64,000 nucleotides of DNA from an uncultured Spirochaetota bacterium (GTDB lineage Bacteria > Spirochaetota > Brevinematia > Brevinematales > JAOACQ01): positions 1,344,001 through 1,408,000 of the forward strand of contig CAVYGN010000002.1 in the NCBI GenBank assembly GCA_963768055.1, read 5' to 3'. Positions within the stretch are counted from its first letter, which is position 1. Every line of letters begins with the position of its first letter. The position numbers and the translations under genes are program-made. Below the pieces are notes generated by a model. It had not been told where the DNA came from. It saw only the letters and a program-made list of their open reading frames with translations, and made no database searches. Positions 29,266 to 39,802 of this stretch are shown piece after piece.

Positions 29266-31704
29266 TTACCCCGCAATATCGTATACGCTTCTCACCCTCA
29301 AAGCCTCTCCCGCTTCGTCAAGCGTCATACCCCTCGACATCCCCGCCTTCTCCGCCCTGATCTCCCTTGTCATGCCCGGAGAGATATCGAAGTAATTGTC
29401 GCTGAAAACCGCGTCGACCCCTTTAAAAGAAACTTCAACACATTTAGCCGGCGCCCCGCAATCGACCTTTATTATAAAACAGTCTTTTTTCTCCTCGGTG
29501 TCGCACCTGAGTAAAGGTTTTAAGAATTGAAAATGCTTGGGCTTTACGAAAAGGAGCATTTGATAGGACTCCGCATCTCCTTCCAAGAAGCATTCAAAAT
29601 AATTTTCCCGTGAAGTAGAAAAATTCAGCTCCCCCGCATGAGCGGACGAGAATTCCGGGCAGGCGGATTCGATCCTGCCCTCCGATATAATATTTCCGTT
29701 ATTTGACCTGTGCCTCCAGTGGATGGTTTGATTTATCGGCAAGGCTGTTTCATTTGCGACAATTAGCGAGATTTGTCCGTTCTCCTCCGAAGCGCATAAA
29801 AGCACACGCGAGAAAAACCTCTTTGCAAAATAATGGAGGGCCTTCCAGCGGCCGAAATAATCTATGGATGACCAGGAAGCGCCCGGCCAGCAGTCGTTAA
29901 GCTGCCAGTAAAGTGCCCCCATGCAGCGGCCCCTGTTAGTCCTCCAGTGTTCGACCCCCGTTCGCATGGCTTCGGCCTGGAGGAGCTCCGACGCGTAAAT
30001 CAGGGACGGAAAATCCTTCGGATAAAGGAAATATTCCGACAGGTAATACATGATCTTTCCGTTGGCCGACGAGTTTTTCTGGTGCTTTTCCATTACATAC
30101 GAGAAAATGTTCCTGTCCTCAGGGATTGTGAAACTTTCTATTGTTGTAGCGCAGGGGAAAGCTTGAAATCCGAATTCGGATAGAAATCTGAAATAGTGTT
30201 TCCGGTACTCTGAAAAAGGCTTTCCCCCATGCCAGACCTCCCAGTAATGCGTATCGCCCCTGTTTTCGTCGTTAGGATTGTCGAATGACCCCCCGGAAGA
30301 GGGCGAAGAGGGATGGTAACAAATATCCGGCGCAAGGCGGCGGCAGACGGCGGGCAGGACTTCTTCGAAGAGTTTTATATAATCGGTCTTCTGCTTATCC
30401 GTTTTTGGGAAGTCCCATGAAAAGAGCGCCGATTCGATCTCGTTATTGCCGCAGAATAGGGCTATGCAAGGATGATGCCTTATCCTCCTGACATTATATT
30501 CGGCCTCCGCGGTCACGTTTTCAAGGAAACCCTCGTCGAGTTTGTAAATACCGCATGCAAACATGAAATCCTGCCATACGAGGAGGCCGTAACGGTCACA
30601 AAGCTCATAAAAATAGTCGTCGGGATAGAATCCTCCCCCCCATACCCGCAGGAAGTTGAAATTCGCCAGTGCGCAGTCCCGGACCAGGTTTTCAAGTTTA
30701 TCGATTGTATTACGGCATACAAAGTTGTCCTGGGGAATGATATCCGCGCCCATCGCGAAAATTGACTTGCCGTTAACGCTGAATTCGAAGCTTTCTCCCC
30801 ATTCGTCTTTCTCCCTTTTTAGTTTTACTGTCCTGAAACCTACCGTAATATCTCTGTTATCGATAATGTTTCCTGAAGGGTCGAGGAGTTCCAGAGTGAG
30901 GTTGTAAAGGGGCTGGCTGCCGTATCCGTTGGGCTGCCAGAGTTTCACATCCGGCACCTCTATTTCGGCCTCTAATTCGCCAAGTTTTATTTCAACTGTA
31001 AGAGAAGAGCGGTAAAAATCCGGTCCGGAAAGCATAACCCGGCATGAATATATAGATTGGCGGAGCATTTTTAACCTTGCCATGACCTTGAGCCGGCCGT
31101 TCTTTTCCTCCAATATCTGAGAGGTTTCTATATCCGTAAAATAAGCACCCGCTGGGGCGATAAATCCAATTCCGCGCCAGATCCCCGAATCCGGAAGTTT
31201 CGGGCCCCAGTCCCAGCCGAACATATAATGGGCTTTACGCAGGCGGGGAAATCCGGCTGAAGCTTCTGCAGCCCCCCAGACCGGCTCCGCTTTCTGTTTT
31301 TCCTCGATGTATTTTACAGGGGATTTTAATCTTATTTCGATCCTGTTGGTCCCGGCTTTAAGAAAACCTGCGCATTCGAATTCGTATTTTCTGTGCATGT
31401 TATCCGTAGCCGCAAGGAATTTTCCATTCAACAGTATTTCCGACAGCGTGTCGATGCCCTCGCAATACAGGCATATGGAATCCGAAAACAAGAAAGCATC
31501 ATCCAGAACGAATTCCCTAAAATAAACGAAATCCTCGTTGAACAGAAAACAGAGTTTATCCTCGTTATCGCGGTAAAAAGGGTCGGGGATTTTTCCGGCT
31601 TTCACAAGCGTATCGAGCACAGTGCCGGGAACTTCGCATGGGATTATCTCCCCTGTCAATTCCCGGAGAAGAGACCAGGGGCCGTCGAGCTTGAATGTTT
31701 TCAT
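29266..31704 (-). CDS. GH2 beta-mannosidase-like glycoside hydrolase
   Basis: GWDWGP, LRVWGGG, VWQDFMFAC, CGNNE (acid/base), FLSEFGFQ (nucleophile) and YWQLNDCWP motifs. Confidence 0.93.
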   Translation of the reverse strand: MKTFKLDGPWSLLRELTGEIIPCEVPGTVLDTLVKAGKIPDPFYRDNEDKLCFLFNEDFVYFREFVLDDAFLFSDSICLYCEGIDTLSEILLNGKFLAATDNMHRKYEFECAGFLKAGTNRIEIRLKSPVKYIEEKQKAEPVWGAAEASAGFPRLRKAHYMFGWDWGPKLPDSGIWRGIGFIAPAGAYFTDIETSQILEEKNGRLKVMARLKMLRQSIYSCRVMLSGPDFYRSSLTVEIKLGELEAEIEVPDVKLWQPNGYGSQPLYNLTLELLDPSGNIIDNRDITVGFRTVKLKREKDEWGESFEFSVNGKSIFAMGADIIPQDNFVCRNTIDKLENLVRDCALANFNFLRVWGGGFYPDDYFYELCDRYGLLVWQDFMFACGIYKLDEGFLENVTAEAEYNVRRIRHHPCIALFCGNNEIESALFSWDFPKTDKQKTDYIKLFEEVLPAVCRRLAPDICYHPSSPSSGGSFDNPNDENRGDTHYWEVWHGGKPFSEYRKHYFRFLSEFGFQAFPCATTIESFTIPEDRNIFSYVMEKHQKNSSANGKIMYYLSEYFLYPKDFPSLIYASELLQAEAMRTGVEHWRTNRGRCMGALYWQLNDCWPGASWSSIDYFGRWKALHYFAKRFFSRVLLCASEENGQISLIVANETALPINQTIHWRHRSNNGNIISEGRIESACPEFSSAHAGELNFSTSRENYFECFLEGDAESYQMLLFVKPKHFQFLKPLLRCDTEEKKDCFIIKVDCGAPAKCVEVSFKGVDAVFSDNYFDISPGMTREIRAEKAGMSRGMTLDEAGEALRVRSVYDIAG

Positions 31705-31832
31705 TGAAAACCCCCGGCTGATATTATAATAACCGGCTTTTGAATAATCCATAAAAAAATAAAAAGGAATTCCTGTTGACAGGGAGTAAAACCTGTGTTA
31801 GTTTTATGTTAGTTTTGGAAAGGGAGGCGTGT

Positions 31833-32798
31833 ATGAAAGCCATTGTGATCCATGAATTCGGCGGGCCGGATGTATTAAAATATGAAGAAACAGCCCTGCC
31901 CGAAGCGCCTGGGGAAGGACAGGTGCTTGTGAAGGTATATGCCGCGGGAGTGAATCCCGCCGATACATATACAAGGGCAGGCAATTATGCGGTTAAACCG
32001 CAATTGCCTTATACCCCCGGCACAGACGGCGCCGGAGTCATTGAAACCGCCGGAAAAGGCGTTACAAGATTCAAACCCGGGGACCGGGTTTATATTGGAA
32101 GGTCGGTTTCCGGGACATACGCGGAATACTCCCTGGCCCTCGAGTCCCAGGTCCATCCCCTGCCTGAAAATATAACTTTTTCACAGGGTGCCGGTATTTA
32201 TGTTCCGTACGGCACTGCTTTTCATGCCCTGAAACAGGCTTCAAAAGCAGAAAAGGGCGAAACCGTCCTGATCCATGGAGCCAGCGGCGGAGTCGGGATC
32301 GCTGCGGTACAAATAGCCGGGGCCATGGGGCTTAAGGTATTTGGAACGGCCGGCACCTCGAAAGGCAGGGAACTTGTAAAAGAGGAGGGAGCGCATGAGG
32401 TTTTCGACCATACCCGCGAGGGATATCTGGAAGATATCATGAAAGCATTCGGCGGGAAGGGGATCGATATAATCCTCGAGATGCTCGCTAATGTAAACCT
32501 TAGCAATGACCTTAAGCTTCTGGCTATGAACGGCAGGGTAGTAATTGTAGGCAGCAGGGGGGACGCAACTATAACTCCCCGCGACCTGATGGCCAAAAGA
32601 GGAAAGGTGATGGGTATGATGCTCTGGAATATTACTTTGGAAGAAGCCGCTGAAATTCATGAGGCCCTGCAGTCGGGACTGGTTAATGGGGCTTTCAGGC
32701 CGGTGGTAAGGTGCGAAATGCCTCTTTCCGACGCGGACCGTTCCCACATCGAGGTAATGTCTCCCGGGGCTTACGGAAAGATCGTGCTTATACCATAG
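31833..32798 (+). CDS. NADPH:quinone reductase (zeta-crystallin-like MDR)
   Basis: GVNPAD, PYTPGTDGAG, HGASGGVG and GKIVL motifs; GGGAGG RBS. Confidence 0.92.
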   Translation: MKAIVIHEFGGPDVLKYEETALPEAPGEGQVLVKVYAAGVNPADTYTRAGNYAVKPQLPYTPGTDGAGVIETAGKGVTRFKPGDRVYIGRSVSGTYAEYSLALESQVHPLPENITFSQGAGIYVPYGTAFHALKQASKAEKGETVLIHGASGGVGIAAVQIAGAMGLKVFGTAGTSKGRELVKEEGAHEVFDHTREGYLEDIMKAFGGKGIDIILEMLANVNLSNDLKLLAMNGRVVIVGSRGDATITPRDLMAKRGKVMGMMLWNITLEEAAEIHEALQSGLVNGAFRPVVRCEMPLSDADRSHIEVMSPGAYGKIVLIP

Positions 32799-32803
32799 GG
32801 GCG

Positions 32804-32939
32804 TTCAAACAATGTCCGGCTTGCATGGGGTCAATTTTTATCCCGCTGGATTCGAAAACGTTTTTCGATGGCAGTTCTGGCGTTTTCTCATAATACGGGA
32901 TAAAAATTGACCCCCATTAAAACTGGATATTGTTTTGAA
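32804..32939. repeat. Nested inverted repeat (MITE-like)
   Basis: Perfect 19-bp inverted repeat GGGGTCAATTTTTATCCCG (32827-32845) / CGGGATAAAAATTGACCCC (32896-32914) inside an imperfect outer repeat TTCAAACAATGTCCGG / CTGGATATTGTTTTGAA. Confidence 0.8.
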
Positions 32940-33191
32940 TCCGGCGGGGAAGAACGGGGACTTTCTAACTACCGTTTTTCAGCGGCAGTTCTTACGCTTA
33001 CTTCATAATGTGCGTAAAAAATTAACTTCAAAGAGAATTGCATATTGTCTTAATTTCGGAAGCAATGGAGTGGTGTTTTTTTAGAGCTACTTTTTACCTA
33101 TAGGTTTTAATAGAAATGATCGATCTTTTATTAGAAACTGCGGCGGAAATGTTCTATAATATTGTCAAAGCAATTTCAGGAGGGAATTTAT

Positions 33192-34865
33192 ATGCGCAGC
33201 GATCTTGCAAAAAAGGGATTTCAAAGGGCGCCGAACAGATCTTTATTCAGGGCAATGGGTTTCGATGACTGGGAGACAAAGCGCCCGATCATCGGGATCG
33301 CTAATTCTTTCAGTGAATGCATTCCGGGGCATATACACTTGAATAAACTGGCGGACTCCGTGAAAAGGGGGATTTACGCGGCCGGAGGAATGCCGATGGA
33401 ATTTAACACTATAGGCATTTGTGACGGTATAGCAATGGGGCATTCCGGTATGAAGTATTCACTCCCGACCCGCGAACTTATTGCAGATTCTGTCGAATCG
33501 ATGGCGCAGGCCTATCAGTTTGACGGCCTTGTCCTTCTTTCCTCCTGCGATAAGATAATACCGGGTATGATGATCGCCGCGATGAGGCTCAATGTTCCTT
33601 CCATATTCCTGACGGGTGGGCCTATGCTTCCCGGTAATGTAGGTAAAGATAAGGTGCTCGATCTCAATGATGTTTTCGTCGGTGTAGGCAAAAAAGCGAT
33701 AAACGCCATAACAGACGAAGAACTTTACCAGCTTGAATGCGACGCCTGTCCGGGGGCCGGATCATGCGCCGGCATGTTTACCGCGAATACTATGTCGAAC
33801 CTCAGCGAGGCCCTCGGAATAGGTTTATTTTTTAACGGTTCCATTCCTGCTGTATTTTCCGAAAGGGAAATGCTGGCAAAAAAAGCGGGCTGGAAGATCA
33901 TGGAACTCGTCGAAAAAAACATAAAACCCCGCGACATTATGACGCGCAAGGCCTTTGAGAACGCTATAACGCTGGATATGGCCCTGGGAGGGTCGACGAA
34001 TACGGCGCTCCATCTTCCTGCCATCGCTTATTACGGCGATGTCGAACTTGAGCTTAAAGACTTTTCATATTTCTCCCAGAGGGTTCCACACCTTACGAAT
34101 ATGGTCCCCGCAGGCCCGTACAGCATACTCGACCTGTATTACGCGGGGGGCGTACCGGCGGTTCTCTCCGAACTGGCCAAGAAGAAGATGATTCACCTTG
34201 ATACGATAACCGTATCGGGTAAAACCCTTGGCGAGACCCTCAAGGAGTACAAGGCTGAAGTGAAAGATTATGATATCATTCATCCCATCGATAATCCGGT
34301 CCATGAGGCCGGGGGCCTGGCCGTTTTGACCGGGAACCTCGCTCCTGACGGGGCAATAGTCAAACAGGCTGCGGTAGCTCCCGAAATGATGCGCCATAGC
34401 GGCCCTGCAAGGGTATTCGATGATGAGGAAGATGCCGTAAAAGCTATATTGGGCAATAAGATCAAAAAAGGCGATGTTATTGTAATCCGCTACGAGGGCC
34501 CTAAAGGAGGCCCCGGAATGAGAGAAATGCTCTCTCCGACGTCGTCTATTGCGGGAATGGGCATGGACAAAGAGGTCGCTCTTATTACAGACGGCCGTTT
34601 CAGCGGCGCTACAAAGGGAGCGTCTATCGGGCATATATCGCCTGAAGCCGCTGTCGGAGGGCTGATCGGCCTTGTTGAAGAAGGCGATACGATCGAGATC
34701 GATATACCGGGCAAGACCGTTAACCTGAAGGTTTCCGATTCTGTTATAGAAAGTAGAAGGAAAAAATGGGTGCCCCATCCACCGAAAATATTGAACGGGT
34801 ACCTGGCGAGGTATTCAAGGATGGTGACATCCGCCAATAAGGGCGCGGTGTACGATTCGAAGTAG
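33192..34865 (+). CDS. ilvD: Dihydroxy-acid dehydratase
   Basis: [41 protein letters not shown] and TDGRFSG motifs. Confidence 0.97.
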   Translation: MRSDLAKKGFQRAPNRSLFRAMGFDDWETKRPIIGIANSFSECIPGHIHLNKLADSVKRGIYAAGGMPMEFNTIGICDGIAMGHSGMKYSLPTRELIADSVESMAQAYQFDGLVLLSSCDKIIPGMMIAAMRLNVPSIFLTGGPMLPGNVGKDKVLDLNDVFVGVGKKAINAITDEELYQLECDACPGAGSCAGMFTANTMSNLSEALGIGLFFNGSIPAVFSEREMLAKKAGWKIMELVEKNIKPRDIMTRKAFENAITLDMALGGSTNTALHLPAIAYYGDVELELKDFSYFSQRVPHLTNMVPAGPYSILDLYYAGGVPAVLSELAKKKMIHLDTITVSGKTLGETLKEYKAEVKDYDIIHPIDNPVHEAGGLAVLTGNLAPDGAIVKQAAVAPEMMRHSGPARVFDDEEDAVKAILGNKIKKGDVIVIRYEGPKGGPGMREMLSPTSSIAGMGMDKEVALITDGRFSGATKGASIGHISPEAAVGGLIGLVEEGDTIEIDIPGKTVNLKVSDSVIESRRKKWVPHPPKILNGYLARYSRMVTSANKGAVYDSK

Positions 34866-34883
34866 GCTTTTTTCACCGGCAAT

Positions 34884-34980
34884 GTCATTTTGAGGATAAC
34901 AGCCCCTAAAGGGGCTGTATGACGAGAAATCTTCCATCGGGGAGGATTTCTCGCCCCGCAGGTGCAGGGCTCGAAATGAC
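34884..34980. repeat. Palindromic GTCATT...AATGAC intergenic element
   Basis: Outer stem GTCATTTTGAG/CTCGAAATGAC with inner hairpins ACAGCCCC-TAAA-GGGGCTGT and CGAGAAATC...GATTTCTCG. It lies between the convergent ilvD and argD genes. Confidence 0.75.
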
Positions 34981-35029
34981 GACTTCCATATTGTTCGATA
35001 AAATTGGGATAGGACGACTAACTTAAGGA

Positions 35030-36226
35030 TCAAATACTTTTAAAAGCGTCTCTCAAAACAGACAGCCCTTTTTCCATATCACACATGCCGATCGTCAGGG
35101 CGGGGAATATCCTGACCACGTTTCCATGGGTTACATTGATGAGGACCCTGTTCCTTAGGCAGAACTCCTTGACTTTTATCGCGGTATCGGCAGAAAAAAG
35201 CTCGAGTGCGAGAAGAAGTCCTTTTCCCCTTACTTCTTTAATTATATCGGCGAATTCATTTTTCATATTTCTCATTATGTCCAGGCTGATTCGGCCTGTC
35301 TTTTCGACGTGTAAACCGATGTCATGATCAAGCATAAATTTTATAACATCATGAGAGACTGCGCAACCGAGTGGATTGCAGCAATAAGTTCCTCCATGAT
35401 CCCCTTCTGAAAGCTTATCCATGATTTCCCCGCTCATTGCGAAAGCGGCAAACGGGAACCCGCCGGCCATTCCCTTGGCCATTGTGATAATATCCGGCCT
35501 TACATTTTCATAAAGACAGGCGAAAGCCCTGCCTGTCCTGAAGAATCCTGTTTGTATTTCATCCGCAATGAAATAAGCCCCAGACTTTCTGCATATTTCC
35601 GAAACTTCCGCGAGGTAGCCCTCCGACGGGACATTTACACCCCCTTCACCCTGGATGGGTTCGAGTATTACGGCCGCAACGCTTTCGTCGACGGCTTTTT
35701 CCATCGACCCTGCGTCGTTAAAGGGGACAAAAGTGAAACCGTCGACCAGGGGCCTGAACTTGCCCCGCAGGTTTTCGTTTCCTGTGGCTGAAAGCGTACC
35801 GATAGTCCTGCCATGGAAACTACCGTGCGTGGACACTACCTTTAACCTGCCCGAAGCCTTCCTGGCCAGCTTTATCGCTGCATCATTGGCCTCGCAGCCG
35901 CTGTTTTGAAAAAAGATATATTGAAGATTTTCTGGCAGGACTTTTTCCAATATCTCAAGAAGTCCGGACCGGGCTGGATTATAGTTTTTCCATGAATCCG
36001 GGCACTGGATGATCTTTTTACTCTGGCGGGAAAGGGCATTTGTTATTACCGGGCTGGCATGGCCCAGGGAAGTAACACCCCAGCCGGCAATCAAGTCGAG
36101 ATATTTTTTCCCTACCTCATCCCATACGTATACTCCCCTGCCTTTTTTGAAAGATATGGGGAATTTTTCTGCAAAGTGAGCCATATGTTCATTTTCGATA
36201 AAAATAGTTCCACGTTTAATTTTCAT
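35030..36226 (-). CDS. argD: Acetylornithine aminotransferase (class III PLP enzyme)
   Basis: NSGCEANDAAIKLA, SFHGRT, EPIQGEGG, DEIQTG, MAKGMAGG and HGGTY motifs. The start overlaps the hisS stop. Confidence 0.85.
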   Translation of the reverse strand: MKIKRGTIFIENEHMAHFAEKFPISFKKGRGVYVWDEVGKKYLDLIAGWGVTSLGHASPVITNALSRQSKKIIQCPDSWKNYNPARSGLLEILEKVLPENLQYIFFQNSGCEANDAAIKLARKASGRLKVVSTHGSFHGRTIGTLSATGNENLRGKFRPLVDGFTFVPFNDAGSMEKAVDESVAAVILEPIQGEGGVNVPSEGYLAEVSEICRKSGAYFIADEIQTGFFRTGRAFACLYENVRPDIITMAKGMAGGFPFAAFAMSGEIMDKLSEGDHGGTYCCNPLGCAVSHDVIKFMLDHDIGLHVEKTGRISLDIMRNMKNEFADIIKEVRGKGLLLALELFSADTAIKVKEFCLRNRVLINVTHGNVVRIFPALTIGMCDMEKGLSVLRDAFKSI

Positions 36227-37496
36227 AAGCGTTTCCTGAATCAAGCTTTCTTGTAAGCATTTCAAGGCTTCCCGAGCTCTGTACCCCGGTTGAAAGGTTT
36301 CTCAGGGTATAATTTCCGCTCGATACCTCGTCGGAACCTACAAAAAGGGCGTACCTGGCTTTCATGGAGTCGGCGGATTTCAGGTGTTTTTTAAGCGAAG
36401 AAAACCTGTATTCGGTAACCGAGGTCAGTCCGAGAGACCGGAGTTTTGCGATTATATTTACAGCATGTGAACGGTTTTCTTCGCCGATAAATGCTATGTA
36501 GATCATAGGCGGCTTGTAATAATCTTTTTTCGAAAGCCCTGCCTCAGCTTCAAGGACTGCCGCCAGCCTTTCCATTCCAAATGCGAATCCGGCTGCCGGC
36601 GTCTCAGGGCCCCCGAGTTCTTTAACAAGGTAGTCGTACCTTCCACCGGCAGATACCGTGCTTTGCGCTCCAAGTGTCGAGGATTTAATTTCGAACACAG
36701 TCCGGTTATAATAATCGAGTCCCCTTACAAGTTTTTCATCTATTTCATAAGGAATTCCCGAAAATTCAAGGCCTGACCTGACTTCATTAAAATGCGAAGC
36801 GCATTCTGGGCATAGAGAACCAAGAGGCGACGGAGCGCCGGCTATATCCTGCGCGCATGCTTCATCCTTGCAGTCGAGGATACGGAGCATGTTCGTTTCA
36901 TAACGCGACAGGCAGTCGGAACACATATTTTGAATACGGTCTTTGAAATAATCTTTGAGGGCGCTATAATAAACAGGTCTGCATGCCCTGCAGCCGATGG
37001 AATTTATGTAAATCAAAACACCCTTTATTCCCAGGGTTTTAAAAAAATCATAGTTCAGGTTTATAAGCTCGACATCGATTTCGGGCCTGCCGTCGCCTAT
37101 GTATTCGACCCCGTACTGGACGAACTGGCGGTATCTTCCGGCCTGCGGGTTTTCAGCCCTGAACATGGGGCCGCTGTAGTACATCCTTGCCGAATAACCC
37201 TGCATCGAAAGTCCGTTCTCAATGTAAAGCCTCACTGCCGATGCGGTTCCCTCGGGCCTCAATGCGATGACTCGCCCGCCCCTGTCCTTGAAAATATACA
37301 TTTCTTTTTTTACAACAATATCTGAAGAATCGCCTACCCCTCTCTTGAAAAGATCTGCATACTCGATAATCGGGAAGGATATGCTTTTATAACCGTATCT
37401 GTGAAGGATCTTTTCGACAACAGTGCTTATGTGAGAGTAAAAATCGGATTCAAGCGGCTCTATATCGTAAGTTCCTTTCAGTTTAGTGTAGTCCAT
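36216..37496 (-). CDS. hisS: Histidine--tRNA ligase
   Basis: LRPEGTA, FRAENPQAGRYRQF, LVRGLDYY, GGRYD and GFAFGMERL motifs. Confidence 0.97.
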   Translation of the reverse strand: MDYTKLKGTYDIEPLESDFYSHISTVVEKILHRYGYKSISFPIIEYADLFKRGVGDSSDIVVKKEMYIFKDRGGRVIALRPEGTASAVRLYIENGLSMQGYSARMYYSGPMFRAENPQAGRYRQFVQYGVEYIGDGRPEIDVELINLNYDFFKTLGIKGVLIYINSIGCRACRPVYYSALKDYFKDRIQNMCSDCLSRYETNMLRILDCKDEACAQDIAGAPSPLGSLCPECASHFNEVRSGLEFSGIPYEIDEKLVRGLDYYNRTVFEIKSSTLGAQSTVSAGGRYDYLVKELGGPETPAAGFAFGMERLAAVLEAEAGLSKKDYYKPPMIYIAFIGEENRSHAVNIIAKLRSLGLTSVTEYRFSSLKKHLKSADSMKARYALFVGSDEVSSGNYTLRNLSTGVQSSGSLEMLTRKLDSGNAYEN

Positions 37497-37830
37497 GACA
37501 GCGCCTCCTTAAGACAAATATTATAACTAAAATAATTGATTTTACATAATTTTCCCGGACTCTATGTTTATAAAAAGATCTTTTTGGTATAAACAGTGTC
37601 AATCCGGTTAAAAAAATGATGGTAATTTAATGAAAGTCCTCAATTATTCTATATCCTGATTTATTATTTAAGACTTTATTTTATATGATACAAACATATA
37701 TTAAAACTATCATGTCCCGTTTAAAAGGATTTGTAATTCCGGCTGCAATCAGACTATTTGTTGTTTTTTTTAGCCGGATTTTGTATAATTACCTTTAACA
37801 AGAAAGGAATAAGGAAGAGGTTTTATTATT

Positions 37831-38853
37831 ATGATTATTGTCCTTAAACCCTCAGCCTCGAAAGAGGAAATCGATCATATTGTTTCAATGATAGAAAAAG
37901 CAGGCCTTAGAACTAATATTTCTATGGGGGAGACGCAGTCCATTATAGGAGTGATCGGGGATAAAACAAAGCTTGCCAATACTCCGTTAGCGTCGCTTGC
38001 AAGCGTCGATTCCATCGTTCAGGTTTCAAAACCCTATAAGCTTGCCAGCAGGGATTTTCACCCGGACGATACAGTGATTAATATAAAAGGCGTGAAGATC
38101 GGTAATGGAAACCTCGGTATTATCGCCGGGCCCTGCACTATTGAAAATGAACTTCAACTTATGACCATAGCCAAATCCGTAAAAGAGTCGGGCGCTAATA
38201 TACTCAGGGGCGGCGTCTTTAAACCCAGGACTTCTCCTTACTCCTATCAGGGGATGGGGGATGAAGGCCTGAAACTATTAAAGAAAGCCGGTTCGGAATT
38301 CGATATGCCCGTGATAACCGAGATTATGGATACCTCCATGGCCGGTTTGATAGCGGAATATTCCGACATACTGCAGATAGGGACGCGCAACGCCCAGAAT
38401 TTCAGCCTGCTACGAGAGGTGGGAAAAATAAATAAACCGGTGGTGCTTAAACGGGGCATGGCCCAGACTATAGAAGAATGGCTGATGTCGGCTGAATATA
38501 TCATGTCCGAAGGGAATAGGGAAGTGGTTTTATGCGAAAGGGGGATCAGGACTTTTGAAACGGCCACCAGAAACACTCTTGACCTCATAGCTGTTCCTGT
38601 AGTAAAAGAAAAAACTCACCTTCCTATAATTGTCGATCCCAGTCATGCCGCTGGTAAATGGCAGTATGTAATACCGATGGCGCTTGCTGCCGTTACTGCC
38701 GGCGCCGACGGTATCATGGTCGAAGTTCATAATGAGCCTGAAAAAGCCGTTTCAGACGGTGCGCAATCTCTCAAGATGGAAAAATTCGCATCATTGATGG
38801 GAGAGATAAAAAAGATAGCGCCTGTAATCGGCGTGGGGATCAATCTTAACTAA
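37831..38853 (+). CDS. aroF: DAHP synthase, class I-beta with N-terminal regulatory domain
   Basis: IAGPC, KPRTSPYS, QIGTRN, LKRG, CERGIRTFE and VDPSH motifs. Confidence 0.93.
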   Translation: MIIVLKPSASKEEIDHIVSMIEKAGLRTNISMGETQSIIGVIGDKTKLANTPLASLASVDSIVQVSKPYKLASRDFHPDDTVINIKGVKIGNGNLGIIAGPCTIENELQLMTIAKSVKESGANILRGGVFKPRTSPYSYQGMGDEGLKLLKKAGSEFDMPVITEIMDTSMAGLIAEYSDILQIGTRNAQNFSLLREVGKINKPVVLKRGMAQTIEEWLMSAEYIMSEGNREVVLCERGIRTFETATRNTLDLIAVPVVKEKTHLPIIVDPSHAAGKWQYVIPMALAAVTAGADGIMVEVHNEPEKAVSDGAQSLKMEKFASLMGEIKKIAPVIGVGINLN

Positions 38854-38864
38854 CTGGAGATTAA

Positions 38865-39713
38865 ATGAACAGAAAAATTTTTGGGATATACGGGCTCGGG
38901 TTGTTAGGAGGTTCCCTGGCTCTTGCTATCAAGAGTTTTATACCCGGTTCGAAGATCGTAGGATTCGGCAGGAATATAGAAAAGCTGGATTCGGCAAAAA
39001 AATTAGGCATAATTGATAAAGTCGCTCAGGAGGATTCCGAGATTGTCGGGGAACTTGATTGTTTTATTATCGGTACTCCGATCGAGATGGTGGCGAATGT
39101 GTTCGCCAAGTATATGAAGAGCCTGCCGGATGACGTCATTATAATGGATGTCGGATCTGTAAAAAGGCCTGTACTTAATGAAATCAACAGGATAAATTCA
39201 AGGGGCTTGAATTTCGTGAGCACTCATCCTATGGTAGGAGGGGAGAAATCAGGCCTTGAATTTGCAAGAGCGGACCTTTTCGACAAAAAAATAGTTGGGG
39301 TGATAGGAGAAGGTCCCGAGGAAATTTTAACTGAAGTCAGAGATTTCTGGAAAATCCTGGGAGCCCAAATTGTCCTCGTTTCGGCTGATTTTCATGATGA
39401 AATCGTTGCATCGACCAGTCATGCTCCCCATCTGATCGCTGCGACGGTTTCCCGATGTCTGGAAAAGGACGGGTGGGCGGATGTGAGATTTTTTGGTTTG
39501 TATGGTAAAGGCCTGCTCGATACGACGAGGATAGCTCAGGGAAACCCTGAAATGTGGGCGGGCATCACTATTATGAACGCTGATAATATTGAAAGATCGC
39601 TGATTGACTTTTCCAGGGAAATCGATACGCTTATCCATATCATAAGGAATAAAAAGAGAAAAGAGCTTGTCGATTATCTGGAAAAAGCTAAAGAGTTTCG
39701 TGAAAAATTGTAG
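38865..39713 (+). CDS. tyrA: Prephenate/arogenate dehydrogenase
   Basis: GLGLLGGS, DVGSVK, HPMVGGEKSG, HD...SHAPH and DTTRIA motifs. Confidence 0.92.
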   Translation: MNRKIFGIYGLGLLGGSLALAIKSFIPGSKIVGFGRNIEKLDSAKKLGIIDKVAQEDSEIVGELDCFIIGTPIEMVANVFAKYMKSLPDDVIIMDVGSVKRPVLNEINRINSRGLNFVSTHPMVGGEKSGLEFARADLFDKKIVGVIGEGPEEILTEVRDFWKILGAQIVLVSADFHDEIVASTSHAPHLIAATVSRCLEKDGWADVRFFGLYGKGLLDTTRIAQGNPEMWAGITIMNADNIERSLIDFSREIDTLIHIIRNKKRKELVDYLEKAKEFREKL

Positions 39714-39802
39714 TAATTTACTTTTTGTTAACAATGAGTAACCAAGATTTCACAGATGGTACAGATAAGCCCCGCCCTTCAAAGAGCAGGACTTTAAAAT
39801 TA

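Noticed and set aside
32956..33140. Further degenerate GGGC-family copy or ilvD attenuator
   Set aside because: Only GGGGACTTTCTAACTACC resembles the repeat end. I found no matching other end, leader peptide or terminator.
34065..34778. 237-aa minus-strand ORF
   Set aside because: It lies entirely antisense to the well-conserved ilvD and is a typical codon-bias shadow.
37736..37781. Inverted repeat TCCGGCT...AGCCGGA upstream of aroF
   Set aside because: The stem is short with a long loop, and there is no leader peptide or T-box features; insufficient evidence.
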